Assembly (NCBI RefSeq): GCF_009914755.1
Contig: NC_060929.1
Direction: 5' to 3' (one strand)
DNA: 64,000 nucleotides
From: the human T2T-CHM13v2.0 reference genome, Homo sapiens
Part shown: in pieces, positions 1-15,082 of the stretch
Layout: each line of letters begins with the position of its first letter
Position numbering within the stretch: position 1 is the stretch's first letter
Position numbers and translations under genes: made by a program
Notes under the pieces: generated by a model
What the model was told of the DNA's origin: nothing
The model's database searches: none
What the model saw: the letters and a program-made list of their open reading frames with translations, nothing else

Positions 1-69
1 CATAACATGTTGTTATAGTAAAAGTTACTAAATGTTATGATCCCATTTTAGTAAAATGCGTAAGGATAG

Positions 70-428
70 TGTATTAGTCTGTTCTCATGATGCTAATAAA
101 GACATACCCGAGACTTGGTAATTATGAAACAAAGAGGTTTAATGGACTCACAGTTCCTCGTGGTTGGGGAGACCTCACAATCATGATGGAAGGCAAGCAA
201 GAGCAAGTTACACCTTACATGGCAGCAGGCAGAGAGCTTCTGCAGGGGACACCCCGTTATAAAACCATCAGATCTTGTGAGACTTATTCACTGTCACAAG
301 AACAGCACAGGAAAAACCCACCTCCATGATTCAGTTCCCTCCTCCCAGGTCCCTCCCATGACATGTGGGAATTATGGCAGCTACAATTCAAGGTGAGATT
401 TGGGTGGGGACACAGCCAAATCATGTTA
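70..428 (-). mobile_element. THE1B/C-type MaLR solo LTR
   Basis: Runs TGTATTAGTC...TGGGGACACAGCCAAATCATGTTA, matching the reverse THE1 consensus; 5-bp TSD gatag/ggtag. Confidence 0.9.
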
Positions 429-954
429 GGTAGATAGAAACAAAATAAAAAGTCTGAAGGAAACCTCGTATAATTTAGGGCTTTACAGAGATTATCTGGG
501 GGTTATAAAATCAGGAACGTTTGTTTTTTAAGTTTCTTTGTTTGATAATTTGCTTTGTTGACAATGGATATTAGTTGCTTTAACATCAAGACAAAATTGT
601 TACTCCAACATTACAAAAAGTGGGTTTTCTATTTGTAGCTCATGAGAACTTGGTCATAGCCAGGAATGATGCCTGTTGGTTGACCATAACAGCTTCATGC
701 TACTTTCCTAGAGACTTGTTTGCAACAAAGCCCAGGCATGTCCTCCCTGCTCTGTAAAGTGCTCCTGCATCCAAGCTCATTGCGTTTCCATAACCTCAGG
801 GAACATTCAGCACTGGGCAGCCATTTTTCTCTAGCTCTCTCCATTTTTCTTTTTTTCTTCTACAAGGTAGAATGCAGAATATATTTTATCTTTTTTTAAA
901 CTAACAATAATATGTTCTAGTTTATGGTAGTAAATCCCTTTTGAGAGGATTCTG

Positions 955-1065
955 AAAAAGCCACAAAATATTTCTATAAATATCTGCAATCAAAAAGCCA
1001 CCAAATATTTCCATAAATATCTAGAATCAAAAAGCCACCAAATATTTCTATAAATATCTGCAATC
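955..1065. repeat. 37-bp tandem repeat, 3 copies
   Basis: aaaaagccac(a/c)aaatattt(c)(t/c)ataaatatct(gc/ag)aatc starting at 955, 992 and 1029. Confidence 0.95.
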
Positions 1066-1235
1066 TTTCATTTCCCTTTTGAAAAAATTTCTACATAAAT
1101 GTTTTTAATAATTAATACTCTTAAGCTTTGTATGTTTGATATATATAAAATGTTAACTGACTGATACATTTGGCCAATTCTTTGTGAATAAGTTTTCTTA
1201 AGCAATATACTATAGACAATATCAAAGTGTTATCA

Positions 1236-2280
<1,045 letters not shown>

Positions 2281-2309
2281 CCTCCCCACTCTGCCTTAAT
2301 TAATAGTGG

Positions 2310-2465
2310 TTTTCCACTGTTGTAATCCTGGCTTTGATCATTGCATTCTGGCTGTGCAAGGTGTTCGCATCAGAGGAAGCTTGGTGAGAGGCATACAGGA
2401 CTTTGTACTATTTTTATAACTTTTCTATAAGTTTAAAATTAGTTTGAAATAATAACTGAAAAAGT
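2310..2465 (+). mobile_element. L1M (MC/MD-type) 3' terminal fragment
   Basis: gaagcttggtgagaggcatacaggactttgtactatttttataacttttctataagtttaaaatt, typical old L1 3' end. Confidence 0.6.
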
Positions 2466-3173
2466 AAAATGGTAGGATTCTATTCATCAAAAGAGTATAT
2501 CAGGACATGAACATTTCCTGAAAGAATCAAGGGTTCTCTCAAAACAATGCTTCCTCATAGCAAACATCCCAATTCCAGGTGCTAAGAGGAGTGGAGGGAC
2601 AGGGTTGAGAAGATTTTCTAGAATGAGGGAGGGGCAGCAATGGCCCATGGTGTGGAATGGCTGGGAATGTGTAGAAGCAGCGTTTGCTCTTCTGAGAGTT
2701 AAGACCCTGGGTGAAGCCACCACATGCCAAGCTGTGGAGTGAAAGAACTTGCGGGGCAGGCTATTTTACCTCAGTCTCAGGCCACGGAGGAGAAGTTGCC
2801 AGAACAGGCCCAGGTCATGCTTCCTGGGCCACCTTCAGGAAAGATTTCCCTGAAGTACAGAGAGAAAGTAGATGAGCTGAGCTTTCATTTTTGCTTTGCT
2901 ATTTAAAGGTAAATGTAACTACCGCTAACAGAACACAAAACGAAACAAAGACAAAAGCCAAGGCAGCACATCCCTCCACCAGGAGGCTGAGCCTGTAGGG
3001 GGATCCTTCATGAGGACCAGGAATGGCGCTCCCCAGAGGAGTATGACCGAGTCACCCAGGTGTGATCTGGGGATTTTCACCACGAGGCCATTGAAATTCG
3101 ATGTTGCATGAGAATGTGTTGAGAGAGGTCCAAGGCACCCACTGGTTGTTGAATGAATATTAAGGCCTGGTCC

Positions 3174-3497
3174 TGTTAAAGACAACCAGAGCTGGTGAAA
3201 CAGTTAAAGCAAAAAAAGCAGATTTGATTCAGAAACTATTTCAGTAGGGGAACAGAGACCTCAAAATAAAACTGGGCTCAATTCTAAATACAGCACAGTC
3301 AAGTGTGAATTCATAGTGAAGAAGCACGGTTGGGGTCAGAGGATAGGAAATTCCTAAGAGGAAGCATCCAGGACAGCAGATTCTCGCTGCAGTGGCTCAG
3401 CCGGATTCCTGCCGCACCTGCGCCCAGCAGGCTGGAGGACCAGGCCCAGTGAAAATATGGCCCCACCGAAGTTTGGTCAGGAAGAAGGTCTGTGTCC
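3174..3497 (-). mobile_element. MER31-like ERV1 solo LTR
   Basis: Starts tgttaaagacaaccagagctgg, contains actgggctcaattctaaatacagc, ends aagtttggtcaggaagaaggtctgtgtc. Confidence 0.7.
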
Positions 3498-4894
3498 ATC
3501 TTCAGGGCTGAGACCAGAGTGGGGAAAGTAGATGTTATCAACTTTCAATAACATCCCCCCCGATCAAATCTGAGGGGCACTGTGGCTACTGCTGCGTCCA
3601 GCGAGGCTGGCAGGGATCCAGCCATGCCAGCAGTAGAGGAGACCTTCAGGATGGTTCCCCGGGGATCAGAAACGGCCCGTGGATCCAGGCACCGTGAGCC
3701 AGCTCTGACACACCAGCAGAGTGGCCTCTCTGGCCTTCATCACCAACCTTTGCCCGCGGCTCAGCCTCTGACTCGGGATCCAAGACCCTGGGACTGGAGG
3801 AAGAGTCCAGTCATTTGTGTCATCTCTGCCTGAAGTTTGAGCTTTTTAAAAAAGTAGGGAAAGAGATCATCCTTGCAGTGGCAATCAGCCAATTTAAATT
3901 TTTGTTTAACTACTTTGTTATTCAATTATTTTCTTTGTTCTTCTAATGAAGGAAAAAAGAAATTCAAATTTTTTATATGATCTTGGACATAGAGGGGCAT
4001 TAAAATATATATGAAAATCTGTGGGGTCAGATGGAAAGCACCGAGAAAGCTATTGTCCCTGCTGATGACAGCAGCTGCCAGCTGAGGTCAGGAAGGGAAA
4101 TAACTAACCAGGAGCCACTTTCTTACTTTTCTGAGCTCTCCTCATTCTCTTCTTTTACTCGTAAATTCTTCTGTTTAATTATTTACAATAATACAGGCGA
4201 CTTCTCCACTGTTGAAGTTGTTCCCATCTAGTTCAGGAACAATGAGAATATGCCTAAGACTAATATCAGAAGCCTTGTCCATTTTGGGGAAGGTACAGTA
4301 CAATGCATTTTTAAAGAGGTGTCCATGTAACCCCTTTGAAATGCCCTTGACAGCCACCCCTTGGGTACCCCACTTTTGTTGATCCCCGAATACTCTTAAG
4401 TCTTGAGGAGATAATAGATACACTTATGCTAGAATTAAGAGAACTGCTGCTATCTTTCTTATTGATAAGAAACAGAATGATAAAATTGCTAAAAGCTGAA
4501 TTTTTAAAATGATCGCTAATAACACTCCTGGACTAGAGAGCAAAAACAAACATATGCACGTTACAAAAGTATGACTTGACTTGAAGTTTTCTCCTGGCAC
4601 AACTGAACCCCCAGCATTTCCTTCTGTTAGCTGTCCACCTGGGGAAATTTGATTTCCTGGGGATTATGCAGAAAATGAGACCAGGTTCTCAATATTTACC
4701 CTAAAAATGACATCATATATTGTCTTACATTTTATCTCTATTTTAAATCACTTTTTAGAAAATTGCAATATGATATCTATTTAATTTCCACAAATTCCAA
4801 TCCTAAGAATGATAGACAATGTGGTTGCTGTTTAGAGTTAACATGTGGAAACCAATAGAATTGAAGCAATGCAATGAAACTGAAATCTTTTAAA

Positions 4895-5035
4895 ATAACA
4901 AAGATCATCGGATAGCTAATTTTTTTTAGTACTTCCTATGTGCCATGCACTTTGCTGGGTGATTTTTATATACTAGATAATCTCTACACACTTTTACAGA
5001 GACCCTGAAATTCATTATCTGTCTGCAAAATTCAT
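4895..5035 (-). mobile_element. MIR fragment
   Basis: atagctaat...agtacttcctatgtgccatgcactttgctgggtg, matching the MIR 3' end on the reverse strand. Confidence 0.5.
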
Positions 5036-5769
5036 CCTTTGAAAGGCAGGCAAAGCAGGAACTTCACTTCCCTGGCTGTACCTTCCAAAAGAGTGACTCT
5101 GCCAACCTTTCTCCCCACCTCAGCTGATTCTCAGTGGGGAGGACTTCACTCACTCATGAATTTGGGGAAAGGACCCAATCCCGATCTGCTGGGCACGCTG
5201 AGCACTTCCTGTCCACCTCCTTCTGAGCCTCAAGGCAGTGAGATGTTTGTCTCTTTACCACGTTGTCCTGGGTCCGTAGCCCCACATGAGGCTTGTGGTT
5301 GGTCTATTTAAGGGGAGAAGCATTGGAAAATCCCTGTGGCTAGTATTCCAGTGCCCCTTTTCTAATGAACTTCATCAGTAATAAAAGTGATGATTTATTT
5401 CCATCTTCTGTCTTATTTCTTGACTGGTCTTGAGATTGAGAGAGAAGAAGATGGGTGTTTATGCCTCAGCCCTTGACAAATCCAACAGCTGGCTGTCCTA
5501 CATTTAGATGTGAGCATCCCACTTGATGCCCTGTTAGTGGGAGTGGCTGCCAGTTCCTGACAAGATCAGAATACTGAGGATTCAAAGCCAACATCATCTA
5601 CTGATTCCATCCCTGAGAAGCCTGATGGAGTCTGATTCAATCGTCCTGACCATCCTTTATGATTCATGAATACCTGATCTTCTCCATGAATTCCAGAGTC
5701 TGGCCAAGTGTGGGGAAACCTACCTAGTTCTTCAGTCAATACTACTCTTAAATCAGCCCAACAGATGTT

Positions 5770-5796
5770 TGTGTGTGTGTGTGTGTGAGTGTGTGT
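5770..5796. repeat. (TG)n microsatellite
   Basis: Interrupted TG run. Confidence 0.9.
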
Positions 5797-6094
5797 ACAT
5801 ATACATTTGTGGAGGCCTCAGACAAGGGAGTTGCCTTACCTTCCCTGATCCCGTTGTCTCACTCTGACTTCCCAGAATGGGAGACCATCTCGCACTGCAG
5901 TTTACAGAGGTGCCGCTTGGTTTGTTAGGAGGGAAGATGGATTGCAACACCTGGGCTAGCCTTGAGGTAAACTCCCAAGCAGGACCCTTAATAATGCAGA
6001 GCAGGAGAGAACTCAGGGTGTCTATCCCAAGCTCTGCGTTTTGTAGATATGAAAACAGAGCCCATGGGATGCCAAGGGTATCCCCAGACCTTGA

Positions 6095-6651
<557 letters not shown>

Positions 6652-9509
6652 TCTCTCTGTGTCTTTCATCAGAGGCTCCCCTGCAACCTTCTGCTTGTCA
6701 CTCCTCCCCCAGGAGTATCAGGAAGCTGGTTGCAATGTCTTGGTCACCTATGGGAGTTGCCATTACCCGCAAAATCTGCATTCCAGCCACCACCCCATAC
6801 TTCTTCAAACCTAACCACTCCTGTGGCCCATTATGATGGCTATGCTTATGGGGTCCCTGTCAAGTGTAAGGCTTTAATCAGTGAGTGTAGAACCCAGGTG
6901 GACAATCTGCATAATTCTGTGGAGCCCACCCTGGATGTGGCTGCCTCCACATGCACCCACACTTGCTTTCACAGATGCTCAGCAACCCTGACCTTGCATC
7001 CAGCAACAGCACCCTAAAAGATGATCTGATTCCATTTTTTTTTGAAATGCAGTAGTTTTGATGCCATTGCTGTATTGTGGTGGAGTTGTCAGTGCCGCTA
7101 GCACCTGCCCCCCATGGTTCCCTGGCTGGAGAGCATCAGCATCTCCCCTGGTTCCTGGCCAGGCAGCTCCTCACCCTGGAGCCTCTAGAGCTCGTCTTGT
7201 CTCTGCTGGAGAGAAAGCTTCCTCCCAGCCTCCATCAAGTGTGCAGGCCCAGCATGTCTCTCTCCACAGTCCCCCAAAGAGCTCCGCCCTCCTGACCTGC
7301 TTCTCTCTGTTCTGTTTAGTTTGCATGAAGCACACACATTCCTTAAGCACATGGTTTTAAGCCTGGGTTAGTGTGGGGGCGATTTTGCATTTTAAACCCT
7401 TTTCTTGGCTGGTAACAGTCTTTGTGCTGTCACCCTAGACGCCAGCCTTCCTTCCACAGCTCTCCCCTACGTCCTTATCTTTTGCTCTCACAGCACGAAC
7501 ACCCTATTAGACATTCTGGTGGGATGGAATCTTCCAGTCTCCAATCTGTGTTCAGCCCTCCTGCCAAAGTATACAACTGGTAGACCACGAGCATCTTGGC
7601 ATTGTAACTGAATAGCATCAGTTGTTTGAACATCTAAATTACAGGATATGCAGAATGTACACAATGCAGTTTGTTGTGAAAGTTTCTTTTCAGCTAATCT
7701 TTTTTATTAAAGTATTTTCAAGGTCCTATGTGATGAAATTCTTCCAGGGAACATTTGTCTTTTTTTTATGTCCTGTCATCTATCAAGCAAGCCCTTTCCC
7801 TCTTTGCATGGAATTCCTCATTGTGTGTAGTGTTAAAGGACATGATGTCCTTTGCCCTCCCCAGTGGAAGTCAAATAGAGTTACCTTTCCTCCTCCTACT
7901 CACTGGAAGCCAGAGATTTGGCAAGTGAGCCTCCCACCTAAGTCCTTGCATTTTGAAGGAGAATCTCAGAATTGCTTGGCACTCTGAGGTTTGCCCACTG
8001 GGGCTACGGGAGCACCCAACAAGGGGGTGGTGTGTACCCCCTTGTCAGTGATCTCTGCTCCTCCCTCCCTTGGTTCTGCCTGTGTTTCTCAGGGGTCCTC
8101 CAGTTTACCCACCGACTCTCTGAGCTGGCAATCCCCGGCTCTGGCATTCTTTCTTTGCCTGAGTTAGCCAGAGTTGGTTTCCATTGTCGTGACCACGAAC
8201 CCTGGGTGAGAGTCACTTTGTATGTATAAGTTGAGGGAAATGGAATCTCAGTCCGGCTCTTATTTCCCAATTATTCAACATCTCAGCACATCGCCGGTGT
8301 GAGATTACCCAGTGAGGGGAGTGCACTAGTCACAATAGACCGTAACCATGCATATCCTGTTACACATATTGCAGAAAATCAACATGGCGGACTTTGTAGA
8401 AGTGCCCAAGTCACATTTCTCAAGTTTCATATTTTTATGAAGGTCTGTGTCTGTAAATGAGGATTTCTGCTGAAAAATTTTCACATTACTTTTGACAAAT
8501 GTCTATTTGAAATTTTTTTTATATCTTAATAGAGGAGTGAAATTTCAACAGTTCTACTTGAAGGAATCTTGTTGAACAACTTTAAATCGTCTTTTTTCAA
8601 TGATGATTTTCTTGATCTCATTTATTCCCCTTCCGTGGCCTTAAGATCAGCAAACGCACCACATGCACTTTAGATACTTTTCCCTGGAAACTTCCGAATT
8701 TTTTTTCCTACATTTCTGTATAAATGTTACATTGCCTTTTTCTGAAAATACTGTTTAAAATCCTTCCTAATTCACAGTGGATACTGGACACAGGCCAAGA
8801 TTACTTGATGAGATGTTAGCCGCCTGCTGTTAAACCTGCTTATCCAATAAGATGCTGATGCCCATTGCCTGTGGCCCTGGGATTACAACTTCTTTTCTCT
8901 TCACAGATCGGGACCAGTAGCCACTTGACTGCAGGGGACAAGGGCATCTCCCATCTGGGCCCTAAGCCTCCTGCTGGAGGAAGGACTTCCACAGGACTTC
9001 AGAGTCTGGCCTCCAGGACTGCTGTAGGGCATTTGGCCATGGATATGGGAGCTCAGCTTCAAGCAGCCTGGCCATCAGAGCATGGGACAGGTTCCCAGCC
9101 ATGTCTCTTCCTGGAACACCCCAGTGGGAGCATGCTGTAAAGGATCCCATTAAGCTAGTAGGCACTGGGATTTCAAGATGAAGACTCTCTGATTGGAAGG
9201 AAAATATACGTGATTGACCACAAGCATTTGTCCTGTTGAATAAATGTGTAGAAATGTCACGAAGCTGCCTAATGATTGCAAAGTGCAGTCAAGGGTCTTC
9301 CTAATCCAGAGGAGATTTTATTTCATGACCACTCACTGCATTCAAATAAGGGTGCATCTGAATTTTAAGTCTTAAAGAAATGAACATGCTGAGGGGCATA
9401 TATTGGAAACCTTCTGGGCTGACTGTCAAGGGGTTCACAGTACAGCCTAACTTTAAGTTGATTTTTGTTCTTTCCTAGGATTGATACTGTTTAAAATATA
9501 CATTTGTAA

Positions 9510-9843
<334 letters not shown>

Positions 9844-11046
9844 TTTCCTAACTTTTATTTTAAATTTGGGAGTACACATGCAGATTTATTATATAGATAA
9901 ACTTGTGTCATGGGGGTTTGTTGTAGAGATTATTTCATCACCCAAGTATTAAGCCTAGTACCCGTTAGTTAGTTTTCCTGATTCTCTCCCTCCTCCCATC
10001 CTCCCCCCTCCAATAGGTCCCAGTGTGTGTTGTTCCCCTCCATGTGTCCATGTGTTCTCAACATTTAGTTCCCACTTACAAGTGAGAAAATGAAGTATTT
10101 GGTTTTCTTTTCTTGTGTTAGTTTGCCAAGGGTAATGGCCTCCAGTTCCATCCATGTTTCCACAAAGGGCAAGATCTCTTCCTTTTTTATGGCTGCATAG
10201 TATTCCATAGTGTATAAGTACCACACTTTTCTTAGCCAGTCTAACCATTGATGGGCATTTAGGTTGGTTCCATGTCTTTGCTTTTGTGAAGAGTGCTACA
10301 ATGAACATACACACACATGTGTCTTCAGGATAGAACAATTTATATTCCTTTAGGTATATACCCAGTAATGGGATTGCTGGTCAAATGGTACTTCTGTTTT
10401 TAGCTTTTTGAGGAAACCTTTCACTGTTTTCCACAATGGTTTAACTAATTTACACTCCCAGCAGTGTATGTGTTCCTTTTTTTCCATAACTTCACCAGCA
10501 CCTGTTATTTTTTGACTTTTTAATAATCACCATTCTGACTGGTCTTAGATGCTATCTCATTGTGGTTTTGATTTGCATTTCTTTAATGATAAGTGATGTT
10601 GAGCTTTTTTTCATATGCCTGTTGGCTGCATGTATGTCTTCTTTTGAAAAGTGACTGTTGATGTCCACTCACTTTTTAATGGGGTTGTTTTGTTTGTAAA
10701 TGTGTTTGAGTTTCTTACAGATGCTGGATATTAGACCTGTGTCAGATGCATAGTTTGCAAAAATGGCCTCTCATTCTGTAGGTTGCCTGTTTACTCTGTT
10801 GATAGTTTCTTTTGCTGCACAGAAGCTCTTTAGTTTAATTAGATTCCTTTTGTCAATTTTTGTTTTTGTTGCAACTGCTTTTGGCATCTTCGTCATGGGA
10901 AATCATTGCCCATTCCTATGTCCAGAATGGTATTGTCAAGGCTGTCTCCCAGGGTTTTTTTTTTTTCTTTTTTTATAGTTTTGGGTTTTACATTTAAGTC
11001 TTTAATCCATCTGCAGTTAATTTTTGTAGGTAGTGATAAGGAAGGC
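9844..11046 (-). mobile_element. 5'-truncated L1PA (about L1PA13-like): ORF2 C-terminus and 3' UTR
   Basis: gggggtttgttgtagagattatttcatcacccaagtattaagcctagtaccc 3' UTR signature; ORF 9955-10338 gives the L1 ORF2p-like MFIVALFTKAKTWNQPKCPS. Confidence 0.9.
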
Positions 11047-11092
11047 AACCTGGAAATTCTGAACTGTCATAATGGAAGCTTTTAAGAGGGTT

Positions 11093-11410
11093 CCATGGAC
11101 TAAATATTTGTGTCTCCTAAAAAGTACATGTGGCACCTCTAACCTCCAGTGTTTCTGTATTTGGAGTAAGGGAGAAGTTAAGGTTAAATGAGATTAAAAT
11201 GTTGGAGCCCTGATCCAACAGTATTAATGTCCTATGTCCTTCTAAGAAAAGGAAGAGATCTCTCTCTCTCTCCGTCTGCCCCCTGCCTCTCTCTCTCTCT
11301 CCTTCCCTGCACTCACACAGAGAAAAGGCAATGTGAGGGCACAGTGAGAAGACAAGTGTTTACAAGCCATGAAGGGAGCCCTCACCAGAAGCCAGGCCCT
11401 GATCACAAGA
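11093..11410 (+). mobile_element. MST/MLT1A-type MaLR LTR, partial
   Basis: aaggttaaatgagattaaaatgttggagccctgatccaacag...gagccctcaccagaa. Confidence 0.7.
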
Positions 11411-11499
11411 ATCTCTTCTTTTGGTCTTGATTGAGCTCCTTGAGCATTTGAATATGATTTCTGCTATGGGGTATGTTCCTAGCTATCCATATGATAAAC

Positions 11500-11700
11500 A
11501 CACAATAATTAGAATAACCAGAGCAGTAGCCACTTTGTGCATATTCGGCGTGTTGACCACGACGTTGTAGGGTATGTGTGACTTCCCTCCACTTACAGAG
11601 GAGGACATGGAGTTCCAGAGAAGCCAAAGATGCTACCCACAGCTGAGAACAGGACGTGGAAGCAGCAGGATTCCTTCCCGGAGTGACTTCAAAGCCCCAA
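11500..11700 (-). mobile_element. MIR fragment
   Basis: ccacttacagaggaggacatggagttccagagaag core and gtgacttcaaagccc end. Confidence 0.5.
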
Positions 11701-11759
11701 CGCTATAAACAGATTTGGAATATTACCGGCTTTTAACCTTTGCTTATTCTACACCCCCT

Positions 11760-12570
11760 TGTCTGAAAGAGTTAAAACTCACTGCACTTCTGACACCGAA
11801 TGTTTGCAGTATTTCTTTCTTTTTTTTTTTTTTTTTATGCCGGCCAGTCCTCCAACTCTCCAAAGCCAACTGGGTGTCCAGTGATTCAACACAATTCATA
11901 TACTAACTACCCAGAGTGGGTGCAGACCCCACAGGGTGAGATTCAGTCCTAAAAGACTGCCTTTGCCTACGACGTGAATCGCATGTCCCAGGCCTCCCAG
12001 ACCTTCTACTCAGGTGTGATAATTTGCTAAAACAGCTTATAGAACTCAGGAAAGCACTCTACTTCCTAGGACTAGTTTATCATAAAGGACACACCTTGGG
12101 AAGGGATGCATGGAGAGGGGTCCAGGGTGGCACCGAGCTTCCACGCCCTCTCTGAGCACACCACCTCCCAGCACCTCCCCATGTTCCCCAGTCCAGGAGT
12201 TCTTGGAACCCCACTACTTAGGGGTTTATGGAGGTTAGATTACGTGGGCAAGACTGGTTAGATCACTGGCCCTTGGTGATGGGGCTCCATCTCCAGCCCC
12301 TTCCCTGCTTGGAGATTAGGGAGTGGGGCTGAAAGTTCCTGCCCTCTACTCACAGGGATGTTCCTCTGGCAACCAGCCCTACCCTGAAGCTATATGGGGA
12401 CCCACCAGGAGTCACATCATTAGCATAAACTCAGGATGGTTGAAAGATGATTGTGAAGAATAACAAAAGATGTCCCTCTCACCCATCACTCAGGAAATTC
12501 AAGAGTTTTAGAAACCGTGTCAGGAGCTGGGAATAATGATCAACTACATATTTCTGATTATTACATCCCA
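11760..12570 (-). mobile_element. MER21-type LTR
   Basis: cacttctgacacc, gataatttgctaaaacagcttatagaactcaggaaag, cattagcataaactcagg and ctcaggaaattcaagagttttag motifs. Confidence 0.8.
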
Positions 12571-12574
12571 TTAA

Positions 12575-12951
<377 letters not shown>

Positions 12952-13599
12952 TAAAAAAAATTGCTAAACTTAGTTAGAAGCAAAGTCTTTGGCAAATGGG
13001 TTTACCTGGGGGACATTTTCCTGGTGTGTCCGTCCTGGGGTCTCAGGTCAGAGGCCACTGGCTCCCACCCCTGTTCTACCAAAAGGATGCTCCCACGTGG
13101 GCTCTATCAGAGGCTGAAGGACAGGGAACATGCAGTTTTGGAAGCTTCCTTCTGAAGAGGCTGACACACCTCTTGCACACCCTCATGATCGGGAATCAAT
13201 AAATTTTAATGACATCCCCCTTGTGTGGGATCCTCTGGCTCCTCAGAGTTACCACATCAAACCTTAAAAAGTCTGTGCAGGTCCCAAATGTACTCCTGCT
13301 GAACAGTTCAGAAAGGCAAAGGGGGCACAGAACTGCAAATGCACATGTGTGTCATTGCTGCTGCTGACTTTCAGGAAACCACACTCTAGGCTTCGGAAAG
13401 GAAAAGCTCTGCTCTCATCAATGGGTTGCTGGTCAGCAAGTCAGCGAACGCAGGTGCTTCTCCCAGTGTTCCAGGCAATACAATCTTACTCCATGTCTGC
13501 ACTCTGCATCCAGGATCTTCCAGCACTAAGGAAGATGCCAAAACAGGTCTGTCCGAAGAAGGAAACGCAAGGGTGAAGAGGCTAAGTGGATCCTTACAG

Positions 13600-13790
13600 A
13601 CTGTCAAATTAGTGAACCACATTAAATTCCTATCTCTATCTCTATCTCTAACTCTATCTCAATTTTATCATCTGAGATATAAGGATAATAATGGTTTTCA
13701 CTTTACATGATTATTGCAAAGACTGAATACGTTAATATACATGAACTCCAGTGTTTGGTGTATAGCAATCTCCATGTAAGTGTTTATTAT
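13600..13790 (+). mobile_element. MIR fragment containing a (CTATCT)n run
   Basis: ctcaattttatcatctgagatataaggataataatgg core. Confidence 0.6.
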
Positions 13791-15082
13791 CTTTTCTTAC
13801 TTTTCGTTTCAGCATTTTTTTTCCTTCTGACTTTCTGTCCTGTCTTTATAGAGATTGTGTCTTCTTGGATGTTACTAAAAGTATGCATCTATTTTCTAAC
13901 TTTTTCTTCTAGTTTCTGTAATAAACCATTTTCATAAGTTTAGTGTATTCATTTTCATAAACACTTAAGTATATTTACTAAGCCTTGAGTGGTAAGAGTT
14001 CATTGTCAACAAGACGGTGTCTAAAATGTCTTTGGCCTATTTTTTATTCACTTGGATGCTGATCAGGTCTCCTACTGATTGAGAAGACCTAAGTGTTTAC
14101 ATTTGAGACTGCAAGCTAGACACTGTATTAAATCAAATGTTCTCCTGTGTCATACATGTGTGTCTTCACACATTATGACATATTATCTAAGTAAGGCCAA
14201 AGGGAAATTACAGACTGCCACACAGTTTAGGGTCATCCTGCACTTTAAATATCCCACCACCAGCTGCCAGGCACCTAAACCCACCCTTGCCCCTCCCCAG
14301 GAGGTTGTTCCCCCACCCCCACCCCACCCCACCCAAATCCAACCTGGCAGTTGGCAACCAAGCTGTCCTAGGAAGATGGTACCACCTAGTGAGCAGATTG
14401 GGTAACTGCAAATCTCAGTGTTTTCTCAAACTCCGCCACCCTCACTTCCCTCCACCTACCAAGGGGGATTGCAAACCTGGTGTGTTCTAGTACTTTCTGT
14501 CTTTCACTGTGTGTAATTTCATCAATTCTCCAATTCTCAACTTTATTGCCTGTTATCCCCTGACTCCTCACCTAACCCAGTGCTTGTTAGGCACATGGAT
14601 TTCTTTCCTTCTCTCCCACCCTAATGCATAAGAAGAAAAGTTGTGCAGCACTTCTTGTAACAGTGCTCTACTTAGAGGGTGGGGATCCCTTACAGAGGGC
14701 TGCAAGAACTGATGAGAAAATGCATGTGATGAGCCCAGACAAGGCCCTTTCTCAGCCAAGAGGTCAGAGAATCAGTGTCATCAATGTTGTTGCTATCATT
14801 ATCAACCTCTGAACTAAACTTAGAAACTGCAAAATGCGAGGTAAAACTAGCTTCCAAGAATCCAGACATATCCTTCTGGAGTTCACAACTATTCTCCCTC
14901 ATTTAATTTCTATTTTTTCTTAAAAAATTGAAGATGTATATTTTAAAAAATTATCTATTTTTAAAATTCAGTCATGTTTAGTTTCAAGCACTGCAAAAGC
15001 ATTATTTTCTATTTCCCATTGCAAACCTTTGTTTTTTCATTATGGCATTAAAGGGGGGCTTGAGGACCCGATTGAGAGCATG

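Noticed and set aside
7830-8215. Possible very old ERVL/MaLR LTR (also about 18670-19365)
   Set aside because: Only the terminal motifs resemble MLT1K/L or LTR33; too weak to assign by eye.
8381-8390. YY1-like motif AACATGGCGG
   Set aside because: Single motif with no CpG island or other promoter evidence.
9955-10338. 127-aa ORF resembling L1 ORF2p C-terminus
   Set aside because: Decayed, 5'-truncated L1 remnant, not a gene.
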